DNA of 64,000 nt from Antedon mediterranea. Lineage: Eukaryota > Animalia > Echinodermata. Below, in pieces: positions 50,874 to 64,000 of the stretch. Both the position numbers and the translations under genes were made by a program. Location: assembly GCF_964355755.1 (NCBI RefSeq), contig NC_092672.1, positions 16,939,237-17,003,236 on the forward strand. The letters run 5' to 3'. A model generated the notes under the pieces. The model had not been told where the DNA came from and searched no databases. It saw only the letters and a list, made by a program, of their open reading frames with translations. Position 1 is the first letter of the stretch. Each line of letters begins with the position of its first letter.

Positions 50874-51435
50874 CTTTCTCGCTGATATATCTCTTTCTTG
50901 CTGATCTATCTCTCTCTCTCGCCGAGCTATCTCTCTCGCCGATCTATCTCTCTCTCGCTGATCTATCTCTCTGTCGCTGATCTATCTCTCTCTCGCTGAT
51001 CTATCTCTCTCTCGCTGATCTATCTATCTCTCTGTCGCTGATCTATATATCTGTCGCTGATCTATCTATCTCTCTGTCGCTGATCTATCTATCTCTCTCT
51101 CGCTGATCTATCTATCTCTCTCTCACTTATCTATCTATCTCTCTCTCTCGCTGATCTATCTATCTCTCTCTCGCTGATCTATCTATCTCTCTCTCGCTGA
51201 TATATCTATCTCTCTCTCGCTGATCTATCTATCTCTCTCTCGCTGATCTATCTATTTCTCTCTCGCTGATCTACCTATCTCTCTCTCGCTGATCTACCTA
51301 CCTCTCTCTCGCTGATCTATCTATCTCTCTCTCGCTGATCTATCTATCTCTCTCTCGCTGATTTATCTATCTCTCTCTCGCTGATCTATCTATCTCTCTC
51401 TCGCTGATCTATCTATCTCTCTCTCGCTGATCTAT
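50874..51435. repeat. Minisatellite B array
   Basis: Same unit between the two insertions. Confidence 0.95.
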
Positions 51436-53368
51436 ATAATAACAAGCCATGGGTCACGAAAGGCGTTAAATTACTGTTGTGTGAGAAACGTAAAGCCTTT
51501 AAGATGGGCGACTCTAATCGTATGAAAATATTGACTAGAGAGATTAAATCTGAAATAATGAAACAGAAGAACATTTATAGGAAAAAAGTTGAACATAACT
51601 TCAGGTCTAATAATATGAAACAAGTTTGGCAGGGTATTAAACTTATGAGTGGTTACACAAACGGTGGTAATACACCCACCTCGATTCCGAATGTTACTGT
51701 GCAATATGTTAATGAGTTAAATGAATTTTATAACCGTTTTAATGTTCATGATTTTAAAAAAGAAAGAGAGGCTCTATTTAGCTTGTGTCGGGTGACTGAA
51801 GATGATCCCAAATTTAGTATAAGCATTTCTGATGTACATAACGAATTCATGAAACTCAATTCATCGAAGGCTGCTGGGCCGGATAGAATCCCACCACGAG
51901 TACTTAAGATCTGCTCTCCTCACCTTGATGGTATATTTACATTTATTTTCAATATGTGTCTTTCTTATCATGCGTTTCCGGATATTTGGAAACTTTCATG
52001 CATAATACCGGTACCTAAGAAACCTAAGATTAACAGCATGAATGATTTGAGACCCGTTGCACTCACGTCTGTCGCGATGAAAATATTGGAACGTATTATT
52101 TTAAAAATTATGCAACCTTATGCTGCAAAAGTGTTAGACCCGTTGCAATTTGCTTACCGATCACTCCGTCGTACCAGTGATGCGATTTATTTTAAATTAA
52201 ATAAATTGTATTAACATCTAGATAATGTAAAGAAAGGCCACTCGGCACGTATTATGTATTTTGATTTTCAGTCTGCGTTTAATACCATACAACCCCATAT
52301 CTTAGCAGACAAAATGTTGAATATGGAGTTTCCCCGTCCGATTGTTCGTTTAGTTTTAAATTTCATTTGTGATAGAAAACAATTTGTTAATATTAATGGT
52401 GTTAAGTCAGAAATCGTAACCTCTGACACCGGTGTTCCTCAGGGTACTGTCAACGCACCTAAATTATATTCCTTGTATACGGCCGATTACAGATCTTTAA
52501 ATGATGAGCTTTGCCTCGTTGTTAAATTCGCTGATGACACTAGTACTATTGGTCTCATAGTTTCAAACAATGATGAAAATTATCGTAGCGAAATACAAAG
52601 ATTTGTTAAATTTTGTGACGATAATTATCTCCAAATAAATGCATAAAAAACAAAGGAGATGATCATTGATTTTAGGACTAAACATAAATTTAATTTTCAA
52701 CCAATCACTATCAAAGGTAACGGAATTGAAATTGTTGACCAGTACAAGTATCTAGGAATTGTTTTCAATGATAAACTGAGTTGGGGAGACTATATAGACT
52801 TCATCAGCAAAAAATTAAATCCCAGAATGTATTGTATGAGAACTTTATATAAATTTAACTCCTGTGATTTGATGTTACTTTCGTTCAATAGATCCGTTAT
52901 ATGTAGTGTTTGGACGTATTGCCTCTTCTGTTGGGCTGGTAATGTTACCGGAGGGAATAAAGGACGCCTTGAAACTTTCATCCGTCGGGCTGGTAAAATG
53001 ATTGGTCTGGAACTGCCTTCCTTTACCGATGTGCACCTAGAACACCTAAAGAAAGATTTCGAACGTATTGAGTCGGATGCCTCTCATCCTCTCCACAAAG
53101 TGATCATAGACCAACTTAATCCAAGTGGTAGATTGAGGCTCCTCAGTGTGAAAACAAATCGATTTGCTAAATCCTTTATTCCCTCCGGTATCATCCAGTA
53201 CAACAGGAAGTCAAGAAGATAATTTTATCTTGTAATTTTTTAGATGTTTTTATATGAATGGTTTTATGCTATATTTGTTTTTTATTGTGTTTTCTTTGTT
53301 ATTATGACGAGCAATGAATTTCCTTTTTGAGGATCAATAAAACTTATATTATCTTATCTTATCTTATC
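51436..53368 (+). mobile_element. 5'-truncated non-LTR retrotransposon (LINE; Rex1/Babar-like, CR1/L2 group)
   Basis: Starts abruptly at NNKPWVTK; RT coding region, short T-rich 3' UTR, AATAAA and a (TTATC)4 tail at 53349-53368. Confidence 0.85.
51438..53222 (+). pseudogene. LINE ORF2 reverse transcriptase, two in-frame nonsense codons
   Basis: ORFs 51477, 52254 and 52659 are in one frame, separated by TAA at 52212-52214 and 52644-52646. Motifs KAAGPD, IIPVPKK, DLRPVALTS, LDPLQFAYR, DFQSAFNTI, GVPQG, KFADD, KTKEMIIDFR, YKYLG. Confidence 0.9.
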
Positions 53369-56300
53369 TCTCTCTCGCTGATCTATCTATCTCTCTCTCG
53401 GTGATCTATCTATCTCTCTCTCGCTGATCTATCTATCTCTCTCTCGCTGATCTATCTATCTCTCTCTCGCTGATCTATCTATCTCTCTCTCGCTGATCTA
53501 TCTCTCTCTCGCTGATCTATCTATCTCTCTGTCGCTGATCTATCTCTCTCTCGCTGATCTATCTATCTATCTCTCGCTGATCTATCTCTCTCTCGCTGAT
53601 CTATCTATCTCTCGCTGATCTATCTCTCTCTCGCTGATCTATCTCTCTCGCTGATCTATCTCTCGCTGATCTATCTCTCTGTCGCTGATCTATCTCTTTC
53701 TCGCTGATCTATCTCTCTCTCGCTGATCTATTTCTCTCTCGCTGATCTATCTCTCTCTCGCTGATCTACCTCTCTCTCGCTGATCTATCTCTCTCTCGCT
53801 GATCTATCTCTCCCCCTCTCGCTAATCTATCTCTCTCTCTCTCTCTCTCGCTGATCTATCTATCTCTCTCTCGCTGATCTATCTCCCTCTCTCTCGCTGA
53901 TCTATCTATCTCTCTCTCGCTGATCTATCTCTCTCTCTCGCTGATCTATCTATCTCTCTCTCGCTGATCTATCTCTCTCTCGCTGATCTATCTCTCTCTC
54001 TCGCTGATCTATCTCTCTCTCGCTGATCTATCTCTCTCTCGCTGATATATCTCTCTCTCCCTGATCTATATCTCTCTCGCTGATCTATCTATTTCTCTCT
54101 CGCTGATCTATCTCTCTCTCTGATCTATCTATCTCTCTCTCGCTGATCTATCTCTCTCTCGCTGATCTATCTATCTCTCTCTCTCGCTGATCTATATCTC
54201 TCTCGCTGATCTATCTATCTCTCTCTCGCTGATCTATCTCTCTCTCGCTGATCTATCTCTCTCTCGCTGATCTATCTATCTCTCTGTCGCTGATCTATCT
54301 CTCTGTCGCTGATTTATCGCTCTCTCGCTGATCTATCTCTCTCTCACTGATCTATCTATCTCTCGCTTATCTATCTCTCTCTCGCTGATCTATCTCTCTC
54401 TCGCTGATCTATCTCTCTGTCGCTGATCTATCTCTCTCTCGCTGATCTATCTCTCTCGCTGATCTATCTATCTCTCTGTCGCTGATCTATCTCTCTCTCG
54501 CTGATCTATCTATCTCTCTCGCTGATCTATCTCTCTCTCGCTGATCTATCTATCTCTCTCTCTCGCTCTCTCGCTTATCTATCTCTCTCTCGCTGATCTA
54601 TCTCTCTCTCGCTGATCTATATCTCTCTCGCTGATCTATCTCTCTCTCGCTGATCTATCTCTCTCGCTGATCTATCTCTCTCTCGCTGATCTATCTCTGT
54701 CTCGCTGATCTATCTATCTCTCGCTTATCTATCTCTCTCTCGCTGATCTATCTCTCTCTCGCTGATCTATCTATCTCTCTCTCGCTGATCTATCTCTCTC
54801 TCTCGCTGATCTATCTATCTCTCTTTCGCTGGTCTATCTCTCTCTCTCGCTGATCTATCTATCTCTCTCTCGCTGATCTATCTCTCTCTTGCTGATCTAT
54901 ATCTCTCTCTCTCTCGCTGATCTATCTCTCTCTCGCTGATATATCTCTCTCTCGCTGATATATCTCTCTCTCGCGGATCTATCTATCTCTCTCTCGCTGA
55001 TTTATCTCTCTCTCGCTGATCTATCTGTCTCTCTCTCTCGCTGATCTATCTCTCTCTCGCTGATCTATCTATCTCTCTCTCTCGCTGATCTATATCTCTC
55101 TCGCTGATCTATCTATCTCTCTCTCGCTGATCTATCTCTCTCTCGCTGATCTATCTATCTCTCTGTCGCTGATCTATCTTTTTCTCGCTGATCTATCTCT
55201 CTCTCGCTGATCTATCTCTGTCTCGCTGATCTATCTATCTCTCGCTTATCTATCTCTCTCTCTCGCTGATCTATCTCTCTCTCGCTGATCTATCTCTCTC
55301 TCTCTCGCTGATCTATCTATCTCTCTGTCGCTGTTCTATCTCTCTCTCACGCTGATCTATCTATCTCTCTCTCGCTGATCTATCTATCTCTCTCTCGCTG
55401 ATCTATCTATCTCTCGCTGATCTATCTCTCTCTCGCTGATCTATCTTTCTCTCGCTGATCTATCTCTCTCGCTGACCTATCTCTCTCTCGCTGATCTATC
55501 TCTCTCGCTGATCTATCTCTCTCTCGCTGATCAATCTATCTCTCTGTCGCTGATCTATCTCTCTGTCGCTGATCTATCTCTCTCTCGCTGATCTATCTCT
55601 CTCTCACTGATCTATCTATCTCTCGTTTATCTATCTCTCTCTCGCTGATCTATCTCTCTCTCGCTGATCTATCTCTCTGTCGCTGATCTATCTCTCTCTC
55701 GCTGATCTATCTCTCTCTCGCTGATCTATCTCTCTCTCGCTGATCTATCTATCTCTCTGTCGCTGATCTATCTCTCTCTCGCTGATCTATCTATCTCTCT
55801 CTCGCTAATCTATCTATCTCTCTCTCGCTGATCTATCTATCTCTCTCTCTCGCTCTCTCGCTGATCTATCTCTCTCTCGCTGATCTATCTCTCTCTCGCT
55901 GATCTATATCTCTCTCGCTGATCTATCTCTTTCTCGCTGATCTATCTCTCTCGCTGATCTATCTCTCTCTCGCTGATCTATATCTCTCTCGCTGATCTAT
56001 CTCTCTCTCGCTGATCTATCTCTCTCGCTGATCTATCTCTCTCTCGCTGATCTATCTCTGTCTCGCTGATCTATCTATCTCTCGCTTATCTATCTCTCTC
56101 TCGCTGATCTATCTCTCTCTCGCTGATCTATCTATCTCTCTCTCGCTGATCTATCTCTCTCTCTCGCTGATCTATCTATCTCTCTTTCGCTGGTCTATCT
56201 CTCTCTCTCGCTGATCTATCTATCTCTCTCTCGCTGATCTATCTCTCTCTTGCTGATCTATATCTCTCTCTCTCTCGCTGATCTATCTCTCTCTCGCTGA

Positions 56301-59300
56301 TATATCTCTCTCTCGCTGATATATCTCTCTCTCGCGGATCTATCTATCTCTCTCTCGCTGATTTATCTCTCTCTCGCTGATCTATCTATCTCTCTCTCTC
56401 GCTGATCTATCTCTCTCTCGCTGATCTATCTATCTCTCTCTCTCGCTGATCTATATCTCTCTCGCTGATCTATCTATCTCTCTCTCGCTGATCTATCTCT
56501 CTCTGGCTGATCTATCTATCTCTCTGTCGCTGATCTATCTTTTTCTCGCTGATCTATCTCTCTCTCGCTGATCTATCTCTGTCTCGCTGATCTATCTATC
56601 TCTCGCTTATCTATCTCTCTCTCTCGCTGATCTATCTCTCTCTCGCTGATCTATCTCTCTCTCTCTCGCTGATCTATCTATCTCTCTGTCGCTGTTCTAT
56701 CTCTCTCTCACGCTGATCTATCTATCTCTCTCTCGCTGATCTATCTATCTCTCTCTCGCTGATCTATCTATCTCTCGCTGATCTATCTCTCTCTCGCTGA
56801 TCTATCTTTCTCTCGCTGATCTATCTCTCTCGCTGACCTATCTCTCTCTCGCTGATCTATCTCTCTCGCTGATCTATCTCTCTCTCGCTGATCAATCTAT
56901 CTCTCTGTCGCTGATCTATCTCTCTGTCGCTGATCTATCTCTCTTTCGCTGATCTATCTCTCTCTCACTGATCTATCTATCTCTCGTTTATCTATCTCTC
57001 TCTCGCTGATCTATCTCTCTCTCGCTGATCTATCTCTCTGTCGCTGATCTATCTCTCTCTCGCTGATCTATCTCTCTCTCGCTGATCTATCTCTCTCTCG
57101 CTGATCTATCTATCTCTCTGTCGCTGATCTATCTCTCTCTCGCTGATCTATCTATCTCTCTCTCGCTAATCTATCTATCTCTCTCTCGCTGATCTATCTA
57201 TCTCTCTCTCTCGCTCTCTCGCTGATCTATCTCTCTCTCGCTGATCTATCTCTCTCTCGCTGATCTATATCTCTCTCGCTGATCTATCTCTTTCTCGCTG
57301 ATCTATCTCTCTCGCTGATCTATCTCTCTCTCGCTGATCTATCTCTCTCTCGCTGATCTATCTCTCTCTCTCTCTCGCTGATCTATCTCTCTCTCTCGCT
57401 GATCTATCTCTCTCTCGCTGATCTATCTATCTCTCTCTCGCTAATCTATCTCTCTCTCTCTCGCTGATCTACCTATCTCTCTCTCTCGCTGATCTATCTC
57501 TCTCTCTCGCTGATCTATCTATCTCTCTCTCGCTGATCTATCTATCTCTCTCGCTGATCTATCTATCTCTCTCTCGCTGATCTATCTCTCTCTTGCTGAT
57601 CTATCTCTCTCTCTCTCGCTGATCTATCTCTCTCTCGCTGATATATCTCTCTCTCGCTGATCTATCTCTCTCTCGCTGATCTATCTATCTCTCTGTCGCT
57701 GATCTATCTCTCTGTCGCTGATCTATCTCTCTCTCGCTGATCTATCTCTCTCTCACTGATCTATCTATCTCTCGTTTATCTATCTCTCTCTCGCTGATCT
57801 ATCTCTCTCTCGCTGATCTATCTCTCTGTCGCTGATCTATCTCTCTCTCGCTGATCTATCTCTCTCTCGCTGATCTATCTCTCTCTCGCTGATCTATCTA
57901 TCTCTCTGTCGCTGATCTATCTCTCTCTCGCTGATCTATCTATCTCTCTCTCGCTGATCTATCTATCTCTCTCTCGCTGATCTATCTATCTCTCTCTCTC
58001 GCTCTCTCGCTGATCTATCTCTCTCTCGCTGATCTATCTCTCTCTCGCTGATCTATATCTCTCTCGCTGATCTATCTCTTTCTCGCTGATCTATCTCTCT
58101 CGCTGATCTATCTCTCTCTCGCTGATCTATCTCTCTCTCGCTGATCTATCTCTCTCTCTCTCGCTGATCTATCTCTCTCTCTCGCTGATCTATCTCTCTC
58201 TCGCTGATCTATCTATCTCTCTCTCGCTAATCTATCTCTCTCTCTCTCGCTGATCTATCTATCTCTCTCTCGCTGATCTATCTCTCTCTCTCGCTGATCT
58301 ATCTATCTCTCTATTTCTGATCTATCTCTCTCTCTCGCTGATCTATCTATCTCTCTCTCGCTGATCTATCTCTCTCTTGCTGATCTAATTGTCTCTCTCG
58401 CTGATCTATCTCTCTCTCGCTGATATATCTCTCTCTCGCTGATCTATCTCTCTCTCGCTGATCTATCTATCTCTCTCTCGCTGATTTATCTCTCTCTCTC
58501 GCTGATCTATCTTTCTCTCTCTCTCTCGCTGATCTATCTCTCTCTCGCTGATCTATCTATCTCTCTCTCTCGCTGATCTATATCTCTCTCGCTGATCTAT
58601 CTATCTCTCTCTCGCTGATCTATCTCTCTCTCGCTGATCTATCTATCTCTCTGTCGCTGATCTATCTTATTCTCGCTGATCTATCTCTCTCTCGCTGATC
58701 TATCTCTCTCTCGCTGATCTATCTATCTCTCGCTTATCTATCTCTCTCTCGCTGATCTATCTCTCTCTCGCTGATCTATCTCTCTCTCTCTGTCGCTGAT
58801 CTATCTCTCTCTCTCTCTCAATGATCTATCTATCTCTCTGTCGCTGATCTATCTCTCTCTCACGCTGATCTATCTATCTCTCTCTCGCTGATCTATCTAT
58901 CTCTCTCTCGCTGATCTACCTATCTCTCGCTGATATATCTCTCTCTCGCTGATCTATCTCTCTCTCGCTGATCTATCTCTCTCGCTGACCTATCTCTCTC
59001 TCGCTGATCTATCTCTCTCTCTCGCTGATCTATCTCTCTCTCGCTGATCTATCTCTCTCTCGCTGATCTATCTCTCTCTCGCTGATCTATCTCTCTCTCG
59101 CTGATCTATCTCTCTCTCGCTGATCTATCTCTCTCGCTGATCTATCTATCTCTCTGTCGCTGATCTATCTCTCTGTCGCTGATCTATCTCTCTCTCGCTG
59201 ATCTATCTCTCTGATCTATCTCTCTCTCTCGCTTATCTATCTCTCTCGCTGATCTATCTCTCTCTCGCTGATCTATCTCTCTCTCGCTGATCTATCTCTC

Positions 59301-62300
59301 TCTCTCTCGCTGATCTATCTCTCTCTCGCTGATCTATCTCACACTCGCTGATCTATATCTCTCTCGCTGATCTATCTCTTTCTCGCTGATCTATCTCTCT
59401 CGCTGATCTATCTCTCTCTCGCTGATCTATCTCTCTCTCGCTGATCTATCTCTCTCTCGCTGATCTATCTCTCTCTCGCTGATCTATCTCTCTCTCGCTG
59501 ATCTATCTCTCTCGCTGATCTATCTATCTCTCTGTCGCTGATCTATCTCTCTGTCACTGATCTATCTCTCTCTCGCTGATCTATCTCTCTGATCTATCTC
59601 TCTCTCTCGCTTATCTATCTCTCTCGCTGATCTATCTCTCTCTCGCTGATCTATCTCTCTCTCGCTGATCTATCTCTCTCTCGCTGATCTATCTCTCTCT
59701 CGCTGATCTATCTCTCTCTCGCTGATCTATCTCTCTCTCGCTGATCTATCTCTCTCGCTGATCTATCTATCTCTCTGTCGCTGATCTATCTCTCTGTCGC
59801 TGATCTATCTCTCTCTCGCTGATCTATCTCTCTGATCTATCTCTCTCTCTCGCTTATCTATCTCTCTCGCTGATCTATCTCTCTCTCGCTGATCTATCTC
59901 TCTCTCGCTGATCTATCTCTCTCTCTCTCGCTGATCTATCTCTCTCTCGCTGATCTATCTCACACTCGCTGATCTATATCTCTCTCGCTGATCTATCTCT
60001 TTCTCGCTGATCTATCTCTCTCGCTGATCTATCTCTCTCTCGCTGATCTATCTCTCTCTCGCTGATCTATCTCTCTCTCGCTGATCTATCTCTCTCTCGC
60101 TGATCTATCTCTCTCTCGCTGATCTATCTCTCTCGCTGATCTATCTATCTCTCTGTCGCTGATCTATCTCTCTGTCACTGATCTATCTCTCTCTCGCTGA
60201 TCTATCTCTCTGATCTATCTCTCTCTCTCGCTTATCTATCTCTCTCGCTGATCTATCTCTCTCTCGCTGATCTATCTCTCTCTCGCTGATCTATCTCTCT
60301 CTCTCTCGCTGATCTATCTCTCTCTCGCTGATCTATCTCACACTCGCTGATCTATATCTCTCTCGCTGATCTATCTCTTTCTCGCTGATCTATCTCTCTC
60401 GCTGATCTATCTCTCTCTCTCGCTGATCTATCTCTCTCTCGCTGATCTATCTCTCTCTCTCTCGCTGATCTATCTCTCTCTCTCGCTGATCTATCTCTCT
60501 CTCGCTGATCTATCTATCTCTCTCGCTAATCTATCTCTCTCTCTCTCGCTGATCTATCTATCTCTCTCTCGCTGATCTATCTCTCTCTCTCGCTGATCTA
60601 TATATCTCTCTCTCGCTGATCTATCTCTCTCTCTCGCTGATCTATCTATCTCTCTCTCGCTGATCTATCTCTCTCTTGCTGATCTATCTCTCTCTCTCTC
60701 TCGCTGATCTATCTCTCTCTCGCTGATATATCTCTCTCTCGCTGATCTATCTCTCTCTCGCTGATCTATCTATCTCTCTCTCGCTGATTTATCTCTCTCT
60801 CTCGCTGATCTATCTATCTCTCTCTCTCTCGCTGATCTATCTCTCTCTCGCTGATCTATCTATCTCTCTCTCTCGCTGATCTATATCTCTCTCGCTGATC
60901 TATCTATCTCTCTCTCGCTGATCTATATCTCTCTCGCTGATCTATCTATCTCTCTGTCGCTGATCTATCTTATTCTCGCTGATCTATCTCTCTCTCGCTG
61001 ATCTATCTCTCTCTCGCTGATCTATCTATCTCTCGCTTATCTATCTCTCTCTCCCTGATCTATCTCTCTCTCGCTGATCTATCTCTCTCTCTCTCTCTCG
61101 CTGATCTATCTCTCTCTCTCTCTCGCTGATCTATCTATCTCTCTGTCGCTGATCTATCTCTCTCTCACGCTGATCTATCTATCTCTCTCTCGCTGATCTA
61201 TCTATCTCTCTCTCGCTGATCTACCTATCTCTCGCTGATCTATCTCTCTCTCGCTGATCTATCTCTCTCTCGCTGATCTATCTCTCTCGCTGACCTATCT
61301 CTCTCTCGCTGATCTATCTCTCTCTCGCTGATCTATCTCTCTCTCGCTGATCTATCTCTCTCGCTGATCTATCTCTCTCTCGCTGATCTATCTCTCTCTC
61401 GCTGATCTATCTCTCTCTCGCTGATCTATCTCTCTCGCTGATCTATCTATCTCTCTGTCGCTGATCTATCTCTCTGTCGCTGATCTATCTCTCTCTCGCT
61501 GATCTATCTCTCTGATCTATCTCTCTCTCTCGCTTATCTATCTCTCTCGCTGATCTATCTCTCTCTCGCTGATCTATCTCTCTCTCGCTGATCTATCTCT
61601 CTCTCTCTCGCTGATCTATCTCTCTCTCGCTGATCTATCTCACACTCGCTGATCTATCTCTCTCTCGCTGATCTATCTCTCTCGCTGATCTATCTCTCTG
61701 TACCTGATCTATCTCTCTCTCTCTCTCTCGCTGATCTATCTCTCTCTCTCGCTGATCTATCTCTCTCTCGCTGATCTATCTCTCTCTCTCGCTGATCTAT
61801 CTCTCTCTCGCTGATCTATCTCTCTCTCGCTGATCTATCTCTCTCTCGCTGATCTATCTCTCTCTCGCTGATCTATCTCTCCCTCGCTGATCTATCTCTC
61901 TGTAGCTGATCTATCTCTCTCTCTCGCTGATTTATCTCTCTCTCGCTGATCTATCTATCTCTCTCTCGCTGATCTATCTCTCTCTCTCGCTGATCTATCT
62001 ATCTCTCTCTCGCTGATCTATCTCTCTCTCTCTCGCTGATCTATCTCTCTCGCTGATCTATCTCTCTCTCGCTGATATATCTCTCTCTCCCTGATCTATA
62101 TCTCTCTCGCTGATCTATCTATTTCTCTCTCGCTGATCTATCTCTCTCTCTCTGATCTATCTATCTCTCTCTCTCTGATCTATCTATCTCTCTCTCGCTG
62201 ATCTATCTCTCTCGCTGATCTATCTATCTCTCTCTCTCGCTGATCTATATCTTTCTCGCTGATCTATCTATCTCTCTCTCGCTGATCTATCTCTCTCTCG

Positions 62301-64000
62301 CTGATCTATCTATCTCTCTGTCGCTGATCTATCTCTCTGTCGCTGATTTATCTCTCTCTCGCTGATCTATCTCTCTCTCACTGATCTATCTATCTCTCGC
62401 TTATCTATCTCTCTCTCGCTGATCTATCTCTCTCTCGCTGATCTATCTCTCTGTCGCTGATCTATCTCTCTCTCGCTGATCTATCTCTCTCTCGCTGATC
62501 TATCTATCTCTCTGTCGCTGATCTATCTCTCTCTCGCTGATCTATCTATCTCTCTCGCTGATCTATCTCTCTCTCGCTGATCTATCTATCTCTCTCTCTC
62601 GCTCTCTCGCTGATCTATCTCTCTCTCGCTGATCTCTCTCTCTCTCGCTGATCTATATCTCTCTCGCTGATCTATCTCTCTCTCGCTGATCTATCTCTCT
62701 CGCTGATCTATCTCTCTCTCGCTGATCTATCTCTGTCTCACTGATCTATCTATCTCTCGCTTATCTATCTCTCTCTCGCTGATCTATCTCTCTCTCGCTG
62801 ATCTATCTCTCTCTCTCTCGCTGATCTATCTCTCTCTCGCTGATCTATCTATCTCTCTCTCTCGCTGATCTATCTCTCTCTCTCTCGCTGATCTATCTAT
62901 CTCTCTTTCGCTGGTCTATCTCTCTCTCTCGCTGATCTATCTATCTCTCTCTCTCGCTGATCTATCTCTCTCTTGCTGATCTATCTCTCTCTCTCTCGCT
63001 GATCTATCTCTCTCTCGCTGATATATATCTCTCTCGCTGATCTATCTCTCTCTCGCTGATCTATCTATCTCTCTCTCGCTGATTTATCTCTCTCTCGCTG
63101 ATCTATCTATCTCTCTCTCTCGCTGATCTATCTCTCTCTCGCTGATCTATCTATCTCTCTCCCTCGCTGATCTATATCTCTCTCGCTGATCTATCTATCT
63201 CTCTCTCGCTGATCTATCTCTCTCTCGGTGATCTATCTATCTCTCTGTCGCTGATCTATCTTTTTCTCGCTGATCTATCTCTCTCTCGCTGATCTATCTC
63301 TGTCTCGCTGATCTATCTATCTCTCGCTTATCTATCTCTCTCTCTCGCTGATCTATCTCTCTCTCGCTGATCTATCTCTCTCTCTTTCTCGCTGATCTAT
63401 CTCTCTCTCGCTGATCTATCTATCTCTCTGTCGCTGATCTATCTCTCTCTCACGCTGATCTATCTATCTCTCTCTCGCTGATCTATCTATCTCTCTCTCG
63501 CTGATCTATCTATCTTTCGCTGATCTATCTCTCTCTCGCTGATCTATCTCTCTCTCGCTGATCTATCTCTCTCGCTGACCTATCTCTCTCTCGCTGATCT
63601 ATCTCTCTCGCTGATCTATCTCTCTCTCGCTGATCTTTCTATCTCTCTGTCGCTGATCTATCTCTCTGTCGCTGATCTATCTCTCTCTCGCTGATCTATC
63701 TCTCTCTCTCGCTGATCTATCTCTCTCTCACTGATCTATCTATCTCTCGTTTATCTATCTCTCTCTCGCTTATCTATCTCTCTCTCGCTGATCTATCTCT
63801 CTGTCGCTGATCTATCTCTCTCTCGCTGATCTATCTCTCTCTCGCTGATCTATCTCTCTCTCGCTGATCTATCTATCTCTCTGTCGCTGATCTATCTCTC
63901 TCTCGCTGATCTATCTATCTCTCTCTCGCTGATCTATCTATCTCTCTCTCTCGCTGATCTATCTATCTCTCTCTCTCGCTCTCTCGCTGATCTATCTCTC
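53369..64000. repeat. Minisatellite B array running off the window end
   Basis: Same unit; internal block duplications of ~1.36 kb (GATCAATCTATC at ~55530 and ~56890) and ~0.62 kb (ACACTCGCTGATCTATAT at ~59341 and ~59962). Confidence 0.97.

Noticed and set aside
53369-64000. Telomeric repeat
   Set aside because: The unit is variable in length, lacks G-runs, is unlike TTAGGG-type repeats, and is interspersed with other blocks.

Overview
Eukaryotic (probably invertebrate animal) heterochromatin-like DNA with no host gene. Two satellites alternate in multi-kb blocks: an AT-rich ~188-bp satellite whose monomer contains a hairpin, and a pyrimidine-rich ~19-bp CGCTGAT(CTAT)n(CT)n minisatellite. 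Several transposons are inserted in them, and their ends and target-site duplications (TSDs) can be read against the repeat background. The main result is a 5.7-kb element (18230-23945; CAC...GTG ends, 4-bp TSD, Chapaev-type). It encodes an apparently intact 11-exon, ~937-aa transposase colinear with RAG1: Chapa zinc finger, RING, ZFA-like finger, GRP motif, D-D-E triad, ZnC2/ZnH2. Its ends are bipartite and resemble V(D)J recombination signals (RSS): CAC heptamer, a 12-bp or 21-bp spacer, then an ACAAAAAGT-like nonamer. A second, diverged non-coding element (48566-50873, opposite orientation) has almost no terminal inverted identity yet keeps the same 12/21 spacing. Also present are a decayed Academ element with a nested 5-bp-TSD hAT-like element, a MITE in three copies, a HINE/DINE-1-like insert, a Ginger-like foldback element and a 5'-truncated Rex1/Babar-like LINE. 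All calls come from manual reading and translation; no database searches were run.
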